A DNA stretch of 64,000 bases from the NCBI GenBank assembly GCA_951406725.2, contig OX597823.1:4588001-4652000 (forward strand), in the 5' to 3' direction. Shown piece by piece: positions 38,845-53,416 of this stretch. The notes under the pieces are model-generated. The model did no database searches. It was not told where the DNA came from and was given only the letters and a program-made list of their open reading frames with translations. Numbering within the stretch: the first letter of the stretch is position 1; the number at the start of each line of letters is the position of its first letter. The DNA comes from Octopus vulgaris (Eukaryota). A program made the translations under genes and the position numbers.

Positions 38845-41179
38845 CTTTGATGATAAAGTGTATAATAGAAACGTTCTCCATTTGTTCTCATTATTAATTA
38901 CAGCTTTTTTTTTTAATTATATATATATGTATATATATTTCAACAGAATTCTAAACACTAATAAATGAAGCAAGCTAGTTGAGTTCATAATCCACTGCAC
39001 CACTTCTTAGCAAAGTATGTTTGGTATCTTAAAGACCGAGACGCTACTATCTCAACCATACAGCATTAGTAGTACTCATGATATACAAACAAAAACATAT
39101 CAACTTCTTGTAACAGCAATGTTTTTTGTTTTTGGTTTATTTTCAGTTTTGTATCGAAGTCTGAATGATGAATAAAAATGTAACCATCAAGGTCATCATT
39201 TGACATCCACTTTTCCATGCTTATATGGGTTACAGAGTATTCGTTGAGAAAGAAGATCTTGTATGGTTGAATGCCCTTCCTGTCACCAACCGTCACCTGT
39301 CTCCAAGCAAGGCAATAATTCCTTTATAGCTCGACAGGTTTTTCATGGGACACTGGAAACAGATATCAGCACCTGTATGATGGTGATGCTTGTTTATGAC
39401 AATCTCATGATGTCAAGACAAGGAATACATACAAACACACACACACACTTGGGAATATGTTAAAAGAGTTAAGAAATAGGAATTAGGAAGAAAAGATTTA
39501 AAAACTGATGTTATTTTTGTCTTTGTCATGGTGTTTATGTAGAGGAGAATATAGTCTGACATACATCTGATGGACTAAATGTATGTATACTAATGATAAC
39601 GTAAGCTGCTGTAATCCTTTATGAAATTTTTTAAAGCTTACATTCTTTTACAATTCTGAGACAAGTCATCACCGATGCCAGTGTCCGTTCATAAAAGCAT
39701 TTTCACCATTTTAGTGACAATATTTACAATGATGGCAACAAAATTAAGATAGATGGCAACATGACGGAGACACAAGATAATGAATTTAAGGCTGATGCTT
39801 ATGATTTGGAGGCTGACAATAAGATTGAAGTTGATAAGTGATTATGGTAAGAATGTAAACGGTCATCAATAAAAGAAATATTCTAAGAAAATAGAATTGA
39901 TTTTTTAAAGATCAACTACATGGCATTGAAAAGATTCCCCCTCTCCCATAAATTGAAGCAAAATCTTTAAAAAACAAAGACTAAGAAAATAAGTTTATTC
40001 TAATCCCAACACAAAGTGGTTATTGTCTTTTATCTTTTACTGGTTCCAGTCATTAGACTGTGGCCATGCTGGGGCACCACGTTGAAAGAATTTTAGTTGA
40101 ATGAATCAACTCCAGTAATTTTTTTAAAGCCTGGCACTTATTTTATTGATCTCTTTTGCTAAACCACTAAGTTACGGGGGACATAAACACATCAACATCA
40201 GTTGTGAAGCAGTGGTGGGGGACAAAGAAACAAAAGTATACACACACTTAAGGGGCTTTCTGTCTACCTAATCCACTCACAACGCTTTGGTTGTCCCAAG
40301 GGCATGGTAGAAGACACCTGCCCAAGGTGCCACACAGTGGGACTGAACACAGAACCATGTAGTTAGGAAACAAACAACTGTAAAGCTGCTAGTGTGTACA
40401 CACTGCATCTAAGATAAGCAAACAAAACCCACTGCATATTGCTGCACTGGTGCCTGTGGTTCCTTGACTAGCATGAAATAGCAGCCAAATCTTCCTCAAA
40501 TCAAATTCTACCAACTTAACTGAAGACAGGGCACATTATACAAAGTGGTTCTGAATGCATTACATCTGAGTGAAATGCAAGATGGTCATAACTGGAGTGC
40601 CTTCGATCACAGAACTGCTCTATCAGGGCTGACACAGGGTTAAGTATCAACAGATACAATTGTTTGTTCTGTTTGGGTTACATCCACTTTTTCATGCTTG
40701 CATGGGTTAGATGAATATATTATTAAGGCATTGTTTTACTGAGCCTGATGCCCTTACTGTCACTAACCCTTGCCTGTTTTACAAGCAAGGGATCTCTTTT
40801 TCCATACATCTATGAAGGCTTGAAGTGAGTGGATGATTTGCTGCAAACGGGAGCGACAGCAACAACACTGCATGTACTGAATGACCTTCATAGAGCACAC
40901 ACGTACAAACACGAAAACACACATACCTATAAATTATCATCATAATTTAAGGCCCATTTTCTGTGCTGGCATGGGTTGGACAGTCAGATGCAATGAGCCG
41001 GAAAACTGCGCCAAGCTCCCATGTCAGCCTTGACATAGTTTCTATGGCTGGATGCCCTTCCTTATGCCAATCACTTGGCAGAATGTACTAGGTGCTTGTT
41101 TCATGACACCAGCACTTGTGAGATCATTAAGTAGCTTAAGGGAGCTCCCTGCTCCCTTCAAATGAACAGTTGTAGTAAA

Positions 41180-41500
41180 TAGGGAAAAGACACCCTTTGG
41201 TCATGAAGACTGTGGGATTGCACCTAGAAAGTTACCCTCTGAGGCACAAGTCCTGGTAAGATTGTTTTTAAGGAAGACCAACAATTGCCCATGCATACCA
41301 GCCTCCCCTCTCCACGCCACCAATGTTATCCAAGGGAAAGGCAAAGACCGATATGGCTTGGCACCAGTGACGTCACAACTCATTTCTACAGCTGAGCAAC
41401 ATCTTGCTCAAAAACACAACACACAGCCCGGTCTAGGAATCAAACTCACTACCTCATGATTGTGAGTCCAACGCTCTTACTACTGAACCATACACCTTCA
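41180..41500 (-). mobile_element. tRNA-derived SINE (different family)
   Basis: Minus-strand head ATGGTTCAGTAGTAAGAGCGTTGGACTCACAATCATGAGGTAGTGAGTTTGATTCC with A/B-box-like motifs. Confidence 0.55.
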
Positions 41501-42166
41501 CATGTAGTAGATTCATACATATATATATATGTGTGTGCTGTGTGGTCGATGCCAAAGCCTGCATGGTTTATACCAGTGCTGGTAGCACCTAAAAACCACC
41601 CACTACACTCTTGGCATTATGAAGGACATCCAGCTGTAGAAACCTTGCCAGATCAGATTGGAACCTAGTGCAGCCTCCTCGGTCCTCAGTCAAACTGTCC
41701 AACACATGCCAGCATGGAAAGCAGACGTTAAACAATGATGATGATGTTATATATATATATGCAGTTCCTCTCAAACCATCCAATCCATGCTAGCATGGAA
41801 AACAAATGTTGAATAATGATGATGATATTACACACACAAAATAGGTTTCTTTCACTTTCCATCCACCAAGTTCACTTCCAAGGCTTTGGTTGGCCTAAGG
41901 CTACAGTGCAAGATACTTACCTAAAATGCCATGCACCATATGATTACAAAGAGAAGTTCTTAACCACACAGCCAAGCTTACATCTATGATAATATTACTT
42001 TCCATTTTTAGGGGACTATTTATATGTATCCTACAAGTTCTCTCTCTTAAGGGAAAGCTATTAATTCTATTAACTAATTCTTTTATTGGGGGTTAATAAT
42101 GCCAATAGAAATCCTTTGAAAGAAAGTCAAAAATCAAAAAGCAACATTAATTGAGGTTGTATTTAC

Positions 42167-42244
42167 CTTTGTTAATGAATTGCTTTTCCCAGCATCAGGA
42201 TCAACCAAGGCAGAATTTAGGGAGAAGATGGCTTCAATTTCAAT
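42167..42244 (-). CDS. KIF2A: Kinesin-13 exon IEIEAIFSLNSALVDPDAGKSNSLTK (78 nt, phase 0->0)
   Basis: cttcag / gtaaat; continues KGKE-IxxxxIFSLNxxL of the N-terminal domain. Confidence 0.93.
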
Positions 42245-42944
42245 CTGAAGATTCAAGAAATGGTAGATAAAATAAAACATTTAAAATATATTTAATTTAT
42301 AAATCCATATATCAACCAATGTAGTTTATAAATCAAAGAGTAACATTAAAAGAGTACATTGTATTTGTAGCACATTTTTTATCTTATTGTTTGTTTTAGC
42401 TCTTGCTTCAGATGACATCATTTTGTGACGTGTGACGTGTGTGTGACATTCATTTGCCTACAGAAATAGGAGACAATACTATCAGCAAAATAAATGGAAG
42501 TAGATTAACCCTTATGATACCAACCTGTCTGAGATGACTTCTGCTTCTATGACAAAAACTGTGTTTAAAAGTGATCAAAGAGAAAATCTTCCATCAAAAG
42601 TTTGTGATAATTTCGGCTTCAAACATCAGCTTAATAATAGTAATGACCTTTTGCTAAATTCCTTACTTTCAAAATTAATTGAAACAAAGGCAAAAATATC
42701 AAAAAGGTTAATATATACATTGTAGATTTGCTCTCTTTTTTTTTTTTTGTCTGGGAGGGGGTGGAGAATAGGTTTCAAGACAGAATTATTGGTTTTTAAA
42801 AGAATTACAAATGTCGGCAAAACAACATTAATATTTACACCATAGAAATTGGTTGTTTTTAACCCAATATATTCGTTTCAAATTTTGGCACAAGGCCTGC
42901 AAGTTCATGGGAGTGGGTAAGTCAATTAGATGGACTGTAGTGTT

Positions 42945-45858
42945 TATTTGACATAGATAAGCTATATAATAGAGGCTCCGGCTACTGGAAACTTAATACA
43001 TCCCTTTTGGTGATTTAGGAGTACAGAGACCGGATTAAGTTACTGATTCAGAGGGCATTAACCAGATCCATTATTAACAATAAATGGTGGTATGCCCTCA
43101 AGTGAGCCATTAAATTCGAGTCAATCAGATATAACATAGGTTTAGTGGCTAGAGAGACTAGGAAGGAATCAGCATTAGTTAAGGACTTAGAGGAAGCAAT
43201 GAGAACTGGCTCTGTGGCTCAGGTGAAAGCCAAGAGACTGGCATTAAACCAGCACCTTGAAGCCAAACACATGGGTTGCATTGTCAGGGCTAGACTACAT
43301 GCAGTGGGTTGTGAGGGAATCAAGGCCGCAGGATGGGCCCAAGTGGTGGAAGCCCAATGTGGTAATGACGCCACAATCCGATCTTTGACAAACCAACAAG
43401 GTAAGTTGATAGACAAACCCAAAGATATACGTGAAGCTTTTCAAGAGCACTTCACCCAGATTTTGGTTGGGGCAGTGGGCCAGATAGGAGGGACCTAATG
43501 GACTTTCTCGTTGGGATGCTGTGTCTCTCAGGGTGGGATGCAGAGTGCTGTGAAGGACAAATCACGCCTGAGGAGGTAATTGGGGCTATGACGGACTGTG
43601 GCGTGGGTAAGGCGCCAGGACAGGATGGTCTACCCTATGAGTTGTATAAGAGTATGCCAGGCTTGTTCGGTCACCTGCTGGTGAATGTCTATGTGAAATG
43701 GCAGCAGAACAGGTTTATTCCCAGATCTGTGCACTGGGGAGTGGCGACTCTTGTCAGAAAGGACCTGGACAAGAGGGATTCCGCTGATAATTTTCGGCCT
43801 ATCACTTTGCTAAATGCAGAGTTGAAGATTTTGGCCAAAGTGTTATCGAAAAGATTGGCACATGTCACAGATAGTTTAATGGGGAAAGCACAGACATGTG
43901 CCGTTCCTGGCAGAACCATCTGGGATAATCCCCATCTTATACAGTACACTTTAGAGGGGTTTTAATAGTGATGCTGGCAAGGGTGAAGCACTAGTCCATT
44001 TAGACCAATCAAAGGCTTTTGATAGGGTTGACCATCGGTGTCTGGTGTCTGTTCTGGTGCAGTCTGGCCTGGGTCTTCGCTTCCTCAGGTGGATCATTCA
44101 GATTTATGACAACATCAACTCAGTAGTTCAGGTGAACGGCTTTTTATCTAAGCCGTTCAGCATCAAATGCTCTGTTCATCAAGGATGTCCACTCTCCTCA
44201 CTTTTGTACGTGATGGCTCTTGAGCCATTACTGCAAAAATTGAACAGCATCCCGAAACAGCCAGGTTGTGGAAAGCTTACATGGATGACATTACCATCAT
44301 TGTAACCGAAATGGATCACCTACAGAAGGTAGGCAAGGCCGTTAAGATTTATAAGACGGTGGCAAGAGCAAAGGTTACTTGTGTAAAGTCAGTTGGCTTG
44401 CAGCTTGGCACCTGGAGAGGCAAGTTGATGCTCCCTGACAATGTTGTGGGACGTTGAATGGAGGGTCCAATTAAGTTGCTAGGTGTTTGGTTTGGACCAG
44501 ACCTCCAAATAGCGAAGAACTGGGCCGAGGTATCGAGCAGGGTGACCCACATAGTCAAGACCTGGTCTTGGCAGTCACTATCCCTGAAAGGGAGGGCAGA
44601 GGTAGCCAATGTATTCATCGCATTGATCATTCATCACCTACTGCCTAACCATCGTTCCTTGCCCTGATTCGTGGTTGATCAACATGGAAAGACAGCTATT
44701 CCACTTCTTGTGGAAGGGCTCAAAAACCACTTGTGAGATGCTCTATTTGCTACCAACAACCGTTAAAAGGTGGGTTAGGGATGTCTTGGTTATTAATGTG
44801 CAGACATACGCTGAGGATGAGGCATCTGTGGCTCTACCTGGATGGTGAACAGGTGTGGTCTTTGCTGGTGAAAAGGATGTTTCCCAGGTTTCAGTGGACA
44901 GGAAATCTGGTTCTATCTCAGATCGAACATAGGTACATGGTTTACAGAGTGTCGAAAGGCACTCCTGCTATTCTGTCGCTCAGGCAATGCCTGTGATGGT
45001 AGTTCCACCGCATTCTTTTATAGAGGGCTAATAGAGGCAGAATGTGACGATACCTTAGGGGAAACCCTAGGTCTCGACGATAATCAGCTAGCCAGTCTGT
45101 TCCAACATACATTCAGGCCAAAGACCCTGGACAACTTTCAGAAGTATCTGGCATGGCAGTGTTACTGTGGAGCTTACCTGTTCGGGACAAGCTCACAAGG
45201 CATGGTGGCCATGGCCCTTCAACCTGTCCAAGATGCAAGCAGAATAGGGAAACTGTCCCGCACAATATTGTTCAGTGTTCAGAGGTGTCAGACGTGTGGG
45301 TTTATGCTGAACAACTGTTGCCAAGTGCAGGAAGAGTACAGCTATCAACTGAATCAATAGTAAAAATTGACCCACAGTATTTCCTCTCGAAAGAAAGTAA
45401 GAATTGTTTTCTCATCGTAGTAGCAATTGCAAGAGAGGTGATATGGAAGGCGAGGCTGAAAGGGCTAAAGTCAGGCAACTTCATTTCAGGCCCTGAATTG
45501 GTTAATTATTTCACCTTTCACCTGAAAAGGAAAATAGGGCTAGAGAGAAAATGCCTGTCTGTGAAAATATTCAACAATCCATGGAAGAGTGTTGCAGGAA
45601 TGTTGCGTATGGATGGTACCTCAGGAATGCAATGCAAGGCAAGTCTCAGGCATCAGTGGTAAGACAGGGGTCATGGGGTTCGAGTTGAACCCGCCTCCCC
45701 ACTCCATCCATGTCTTCCAGTCTATTATCATCCATTTTTATATTTTGTTAAAAAAATTTAAAATTCATTTTTGTGTAACTATCATTCATTAATCTGACCC
45801 CCAAAATCAGATTGTGATGTCCCCCTCTATGTTGTCCCCTTGTGAGAAATAAAAAAAT
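42945..45858 (+). mobile_element. 5'-truncated, decayed Tx1/L1-like non-LTR retrotransposon (RT plus C-terminal zinc finger), nested in a SINE
   Basis: GSGYWKLNTSLL, KAPGQDGLP, FRPITLLNAELKILAK, DQSKAFDRVDH, QGCPLS, YMDD, CPRC...H...C; several stops and frameshifts; A-rich 3' end; host SINE halves at 42878-42940 and 45861-45990. Confidence 0.92.
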
Positions 45859-48137
45859 CAACTTATCAATCCCCAAAAGGATGAAAAGCAAAGTTGATTT
45901 CGGTGGAATTTGAACTCAGAACCTAAAGACAGACAAAATGCCACTAAGTATTTTGCCCAGTGTGCTAACAATTCTGCCATCTCACCACCCTTAACCCAAA
46001 ATATGACCTGCTATTATTTATAAGGTGGACCCACTTCAAGACTAACACTTAAAGTGTTTTATAACAATAGTGTTGTACCAACTCTGTCATCATTTAACCC
46101 TTCAGCATTTAAACTAACCATATCTGGCCCAAATAGTCTGCCTCTTTTGTGTTCAAACTGGTCAAATCAGGCCTCTCACACCAAGCCTACAATGTAATTC
46201 TCAAAATAAACAATCACATCATAGAAATGATTAAACTACTAAAAAATATATAATTCAAAGTAATGTCAATGAATAAAGTATCAGATGGAGTAATCTGAAT
46301 GCTAAGGGTTTAATGACCACTTTTCCATGCCTGCATGGGTTAGATGGGCATTTATTGAGGCAGATGTTTTAAGGTTGGACAACTTTTCTCTCACCAAACC
46401 TCACCTGTTTCCAAACAAAGCAAACATTCCTTATATGATGGTGATGCTCATTTACAATCACCACATGATGTGAAGACAAAGGTGCACTCAACCACACACT
46501 AACAGAATTCTATCTTCAAATCTACCCTTCTTTCTCCCAGACAAAAAGGAACTGGTCAGCAAATGTGGATACAAGTCGACCTCCATTTCAGTTTCTGTCT
46601 GTCTAATCCACACACAAGACTTCGGTCAACCCAGTGCCTATAACAGAAGATACTTATCCAAGATGCTACACAGGGGGACTGAACCCAAAACCACATGGTT
46701 GGGAAGCAAGTTTCTTACCCATATAGTCATCATAGGTTATATAATTTCTTACGTTACCTGTTCTTACAATAGAATTATTTTTTAACATTGACAGTTTAGT
46801 AAATATTTTCACCACCTTCTCTCTCCAGGGAACCAAATTGGATTCTATTATTCTTCATGAAAATAATTAGCTGCCTTTTAAATCTCAAGCTACGTTTCCC
46901 AAATAACTTGGGAATCTTTCATAGTTGCTACCATATGAAACTTTTGTCTTTAACCTCAAGCATTGTTGAAGTTCTGAAGTGTTTAGATATCATTACAAAC
47001 ACAAAAAAATAATAGGATTAAAATCTTCTTAATGACATTAATATTATTGATATTCGAGGCATCAAGACAGTATAATAACAATAATAAATCTATTTCTGCT
47101 AACCTACTTAATGAAGTAATGTTCTTCATATTTATGACACATCCTAGCAGTTTAATTATCACAATTAACAATGATTGTTTAACCCTTTTAAAACCCAAGG
47201 AGAAAGTAAAATTTCATCAAAACGACAAATGATCCAAATTATATTTTTATGCACACAACAATCAGCCATTGACACTTCAAATCTAATACAACGTTGACTG
47301 AGCAGTAATATATAAAATTCATTACAACATGGCTGCCACCAGCAGCTATGCTCTATGGCTGGACAGATTTAAGAACAAAAAGAAAACTGTAACAATGCAT
47401 AAAAACCTCCCCATCAAGTTTCGAGTTTAAAGATAAATTCATTCGCCAGAATCAGACAAATATCAGGTTATTTTAAAATATCAACCATTATTTCACAAAC
47501 TAGCATTTTATTTAGTGATGTTACTTCTCCAAGTGACATTACATGAAAACCAGCAGCATATATACAAGTGTGCAGACTGAGACCGACAATTATTGCAGAT
47601 ATACTAATTCACATCAGAGTGAGATGCTTAGTAGAAAAGGAAGTCATTAAAGCAGCTTCACAATATCTATTTTCAGTGTAACAAACTAATTGTTTGGATT
47701 TACGTGTCACCACGAGGAGAGACGAATTTACTACATCCAGCAGAAACGAGTTTATATAGGCTGAGAGAACACAATCCTTGTTTTTAATAGCGACTAGAAA
47801 TTAGTGGTTTATCCCTTTTAATGCCAATCCATGTGTGACCATCCCTGGTTTTATGATATAAACTTCCTGATTTAAAGTCATCTAAATATCTTCCTTTAAA
47901 ATTTTATGTCCCAAACACCAGATTAATAATGACAAAATTCTTTTAATAAATTCATTATTTTTAAAACAAACTGAAACAAAAGGCAGTATATATTATGAGA
48001 AATATGGCAACGAAAGGTTGCATCCTTTTGATGCCAATCCACCTGAGGCCACCTCTGGTTCTATGATCTAAATTAAACCCGTCTGTCAGAACTCCATGTT
48101 AAATCCTGTCCCAAATGCCAGATTAATAAGATCCTCA

Positions 48138-48520
48138 ATCATCATCATCGTTTAACGTCCGCTTTCCATGCTGGCATGGGTTGGACAGTTTGACCGGGGA
48201 TCTGGGAAGCCAGAAGGCTGCACCAGGCTCCAGTCTTATCTGGCAGTGTTTCTACAGCTAGATGCCCTTCCTAACGCCAACCACTCCATGAGTGTAGTGG
48301 GTGCTTTTTACGTGCCACCGGCACAGGTGCCAGGCGAGGCTGGCAACGGCCACAATCGGATTGGTGCATTTTACGTGCCACCGGCACTGAAGCCAGTCAA
48401 GGCGGCGCTGGCATCGGTCACGATTCGGATAGTGCTTTTTATGTGCCACCGGCACGGAAGCCAGTCTAGGCGGCGCTGGCATCGGCCACATTCAGATGGT
48501 GCTTTTACGTGCCACCATCT
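48138..48520 (-). mobile_element. SINE-like repeat, (GAT)n-tail family, low divergence
   Basis: Nearly collinear with 55972-56288 and 61936-62228. Confidence 0.85.
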
Positions 48521-49094
48521 CAGGGATTTTCAAAACTAACAGAAACAAAATCTGTGTATTCCAACTGAAATAAGGTCACAAAAGAGTTAAGCAGACCCAT
48601 GTTTTCAAAGACATCCCAGCCATGTCATACTTTATTTAACCATTGCAAATTCCAGACTACATGATCTAATGATGATAGGGTGTGATTTAACCCTTTTGAT
48701 ACCAACCTGAGACCACACCCTAGTTCTATGATACAAACTTCCTGTATTAATAGGATCTAAATTAAAACTAGCCATCAAAATTCCATGTTAATTTATATTC
48801 CAAACACTAGTTTTAATAAATGAAAAAAGCTATTTTTTAAATTCATTATTTTCAAACTTGAAACAAAGGAAGTTTATTTCAACAGAAATATGATCACAAC
48901 AGATTCAACAGAATAATGTCAGAGCATTCTCACACCACTCCAAACAGCTGATTAATACAAATTCCTAGCATCTCAGATTTCAAGGTCAACCAAAGAGATG
49001 ATACTATTAGGTTTCCTGAGCTCAATATGTCAAATATGTTCCATTCTCTGGTTAGAACCAACAGACAAAAAGAACTTGATATTACATCCAAGTG

Positions 49095-49524
49095 ATATGT
49101 CATAATTTCCACATTAGAATATATTATAATTTCCACAATGGAATATATTATAATTTCCACAATGGAATATATTATAATTTCCACATTGGAATATATTATA
49201 ATTTCCACATTGGAATATATTATAATTTCCACATTGGAATATGTCATAATTTCCACATAAGAATATATTATAATTTCCACATTGAAATATATTATAAATT
49301 CCACATTGGAATATATTATAATTTCTGGCACGTAAAAAGCACCCACTACACTCTCGGAGTGGTTGGCGTTAGGAAGGGCATCCAGCTGTAGAAACTCTGC
49401 CTGATCAAGATTGGAGCCTGGCGCAGCCATCTGGTTCACCAGCCCTCAGTCAAAATCGTCCAACCCATGCCAGCATGGAAAGCAGACGTTAAACGATGAT
49501 GATGATGACATTGGAATATATTAT
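49095..49524. repeat. 24-bp minisatellite (ataatttccacattggaatatatt, ~10 units) interrupted by a SINE at 49326-49507
   Basis: Units directly visible; 8-aa periodicity in the ORF track; unit resumes at 49508. Confidence 0.9.
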
Positions 49525-50915
49525 CAGAAAAAAAGTGATAATAGAATCCTTAACTGAGTCAAGGATTTCTTTTGTTTGTCTATTCCTGGTAAGAATGGAG
49601 TGTACAGACTTCTTAGGTTCTTCCAGACTACAGTGAGTGGAATAATTGAATGACATCAGCAGTTTAATTGGATGACCTAATGGATGCTGATAAGTGATGA
49701 GGAATACATGAACAAGGATGGAATCAGAAATCGATGCAGTTGTGAGGAGAATGAGTGAAGGAAGGTAAGGTTTCTTTGTGTCAGGTGGATTTACCTGAAG
49801 CTTATAAGGAAAGAAAAAGTCAAAGGATTTGATGCCAATGATATAACAAGGGGAATGTGGCAGATGGAGAACATCTCTGTATAAGAACTGCTAAAAATAT
49901 TGGTTGGTTGATTTTTCCCAGTCACACTTTACGTTGCATAAAGAAAGATGGAGACAGTAAAAGCAAGATGAAGAAAGAATTAACACAGAAGGTGCAGGAT
50001 GAGTGCTTGGTGGGAGGCAATAAAGTAAAAGAGAGAGAAAACCTCATATATTTAATAATGACCAATATAAGTATTGGTTGGTTGATTTCACCAGTTACAT
50101 CATGTATAGAGAGGGGGGGGGGTTAAAGAGATACAAAGAGAGTTAAGATGTTCATAACTTTCTGAAAAATGCAGTTTTTATGAAATTTTGCACAGATGAG
50201 TTTTCCAAGGTGTAGATTGCAATTATGTTGTTAGAATTTAGGAAAATATTCAAGTACATTTATTGCAAATATACAAATGAGAAATTTGTTTTAATTTTAT
50301 TTTCAGGTAATAATTTTTTTTTCAAATTAGTATTCATTTCATCATTTTATATAAGTGCCAAGAAATTTGATGAAAGTTAAATTATAAATATCTATGTCAT
50401 ATTTTCTGATATTACCCAGGGTGGCAAATGTATCTATCCTTCCAAAGTTACCAATCATATGACAGGTAACATTCTCAAGGCTTAATTATATGAGTTTTAA
50501 TTAATGTGAACTATTTTTGTTAAGCTGACACCCCTTCTGTCTAATGTGTCTAGAAAGAAAGGGATGTTATCTGGAATCTAGTGTACAGATCAGGGGCTCT
50601 CAACCCTTTTAAAATCTGAGCCAGATCCAAAAGCTGGATTTTTTTTTAACTCTTTAGCATTTAAACCGGCCATATCCAGCCAAAAGTATTCTGCCTGTTT
50701 TATGTTCAAACTGGCCAGATCTGGTCTGTCACACCAACCCTACAATATTGTTTTAAAAATTAACAGCTACCTCATCAAAATCTCATAGATACAAGATAAT
50801 GCATGATTAGTTCAAAACAATGTGGATGAAGAAACATTAATTTTGGCAGAATAATGCAAACACTAAAGGGTTAAAGTGCTGCACCCAAAAAAAATGGAAC
50901 AAATAAGTCAATTAA

Positions 50916-51130
50916 CCCTTTCGTTACCAACCCAGCCCTGGCTCTGTAGTACAAATGTCTTGTTTTCATAAGTTCTGAATTAAAATCTTCCACCTTTCCT
51001 TAGTCACAATTTATGTTCCTAACACTAGCTGAATAATAACGAAGTTATTTTACTAAATTCTTTGTTACATTTAAAATTAATTGAAAGAAACCTGACAGAG
51101 CATCTCAACAGAAATACAGTAATGAGAGGG
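50916..51130. mobile_element. TTAA-flanked MITE (piggyBac-like)
   Basis: TTAA|CCCTTTCGTTAC ... GTAATGAGAGGG|TTAA; inverted homolog at 15740-15965. Confidence 0.75.
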
Positions 51131-51529
51131 TTAAAAGAAAATTTATTACATTTATAAAAGGAAGACCATTGGGGGGCCACTAGAAGGGTACTTGAGGGCT
51201 GCATGCATCCCTGGGATCTGTGGCTGAGAACTGCTGGTATAGATAAAAGCCAGAGGGGTTTCATCCAAAATAAGTGGACGGAATTGTAGAGGAAAGGCTT
51301 TAGACTTTGTTAGGAGTTGAACCGTCTCAAACAGACTTTTAAGCTATTATAAAATAAAATGCTTCTGAATTTTTTAAAAAGCAATAGCATCCCATCAAAT
51401 TGAAATTATTGAGTGTAGGATTAAGAATCCTGGAACAGATTAACTGCTTAAGTTATTTTAATCAAGGTACATCACAGAAAACAACATTCAAGAAGAGAGA
51501 ATTCTACAAGAAAGCAATGTTTTCCTTAC

Positions 51530-51624
51530 CTCTTTGCCTTTTGTTTCTCCTTTTTCAAACCATTCTACAGTAACACTCCGAGATTCTTTGTGGATACAAC
51601 TTATAACAGCCGAGTGGACACGAC
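51530..51624 (-). CDS. KIF2A: Kinesin-13 exon (G)RVHSAVISCIHKESRSVTVEWFEKGETKGKE (95 nt, phase 1->0), probably coding exon 2
   Basis: ctctag / gtaagg; matches the KIF2A N-terminal domain GRIHxAxV...SVTVEWxExGxTKGKE. Confidence 0.96.
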
Positions 51625-53365
51625 CTAGAGTTAAAAACAAATGAATCAACTTATTAATGTCTGTTCCTCCACATTAGAAGAAGTGAGGTGTAGTGACGTT
51701 GCTACATTTGGCACCACACCAAATCTAAAGCCTTCACTCGAAGGAGATTTCTTCAAAATACCAATAGGTGTGGTAACCATTTACATATCAAAATACAAGT
51801 GATGGAAGTCTAGATTTTATAGCAAGAAACTTTGAAACTTTGTTAGGTAGAAATTTAAAATAAAGATAGAACCGTTATTAGGAATGTTCTTGCAACTTCT
51901 GAGTAGGATTTTGGCTTAAACAAATGGACAGGTTGAAATATAAAAACGATAGAGAGAAAATGTTAAATGAAACCAATTTTAGATGTCTATTTATTAAAAC
52001 AAATTTATAGAAACTCTTTTTAAATCATTCCTGTAGATTTCTGGATTAATTTGTTGAAAAGTAATTTAAAAGTAAATTACAAATCCCCCCCCTCCCAGTT
52101 TCTTTAATATATTTTTTCTTTTAAATTTAGGACAAATAGGTTTACAAAGAAACAACATCAGAAGTAAAAAAAATCAAGTATTAAAAACCACACTCCATCC
52201 TCTGTTGCACGGGTTTGCTGTATCCTCTCTCTCTATCTTTTCTACCACTACAAGTTCTGGCTGGCCTCACACCACCCTCCCTGTCCCACTCATCTCTCCC
52301 CCCATCAACACCTGGTGCATCCAAGCCCACCTTCCTCTCTTTCCCTACACCTGATCCTTCCTCTCCCAAAACTACATCACTCTGCAATCTCCCTACTCAT
52401 GCCATCCCTGCAGGTATTGACTTGCAATTGTTTAAACAGAACATTAACAGCCCCAACCTAATGTCACCTATCTTAGGAGGTCTACAAGGGTCAGGGGCCC
52501 TACCCCTGCCTCCAAGCTCAGTAATAAAAAAAAAAACATGACAGAGCTAGAATAATCCTTGACTTAGCACATTACCATTATAATTATTACAGAAATAAAA
52601 AAAACACCAAGTGAAAGCAATGTAGTTTTAATTCTTTTCACAATTTGCTAAAAAATTCCTCAACCATAATATACACATACCATTTTCAAATGATCTAAAT
52701 AAAAACCTTCCATCAAAATTCCATGTTGATTTGTTCCAAACACCAGCTTAATAATGACAAAATCATTTTACTAAATTCTTTGTTAAAAGCAATTGAAAGA
52801 GAGGAGCTTGTATTTTTAACAGAAATATAACATCAAGAGGATTGAAACAATTTTTTAAAAACCTTCCATCACAACTTGTTAGTTTATTTTCCAAATACCA
52901 GTTTAATCATGACCGAGTTATTTTACTAAGCTGCTTTATTATATTCAAGATTAATTAAAACAAAGCAGTGTATTTCCATAGAAATATGGAGACAAATGGG
53001 TTAAATTTATTGAAAAATTTATAACTTGCAAAAACTGGAGTTAACCAGTGAGTTTCTAAAAGTTACTCTGAGTAATTGGATTAATTTACTCAGAGATGTA
53101 AACCCGTGTGAAAAATAACAGTTAAGTCAGTGTTCACATATTCAATCCTTTTATCTTACTCTTTACTCTTGTTTCAGTCATTTGACTGTGGCCATGCTGG
53201 AGCACCACCTTTAGTCAAGCAAATCAACCCCAGGACTTATTCTTTGTAAGCCTAGTACTTATTCTATCGGTTTCTTTTGCCGAACTGTTAAGTTACGGGG
53301 ACATAAACACACCAGCATCAGTTGTCAAGTGATGTTGGAGGGGACAAACACAGACACAGAAACAT

Positions 53366-53416
<51 letters not shown>

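Noticed and set aside
43145-45662. Functional reverse transcriptase gene
   Set aside because: Fragmented by several stops and frameshifts and lacking the endonuclease domain; a dead LINE copy.
46753-46790. Possible alternative first exon MLKNNSIVRTGN|gtaaga on the minus strand
   Set aside because: Phase-compatible but very short and AT-rich; easily arises by chance with no supporting homology.
49095-49325. CRISPR-like array or repeat-protein ORF 48930-49439
   Set aside because: Contiguous 24-bp units with no unique spacers, in eukaryotic intron context; a minisatellite.
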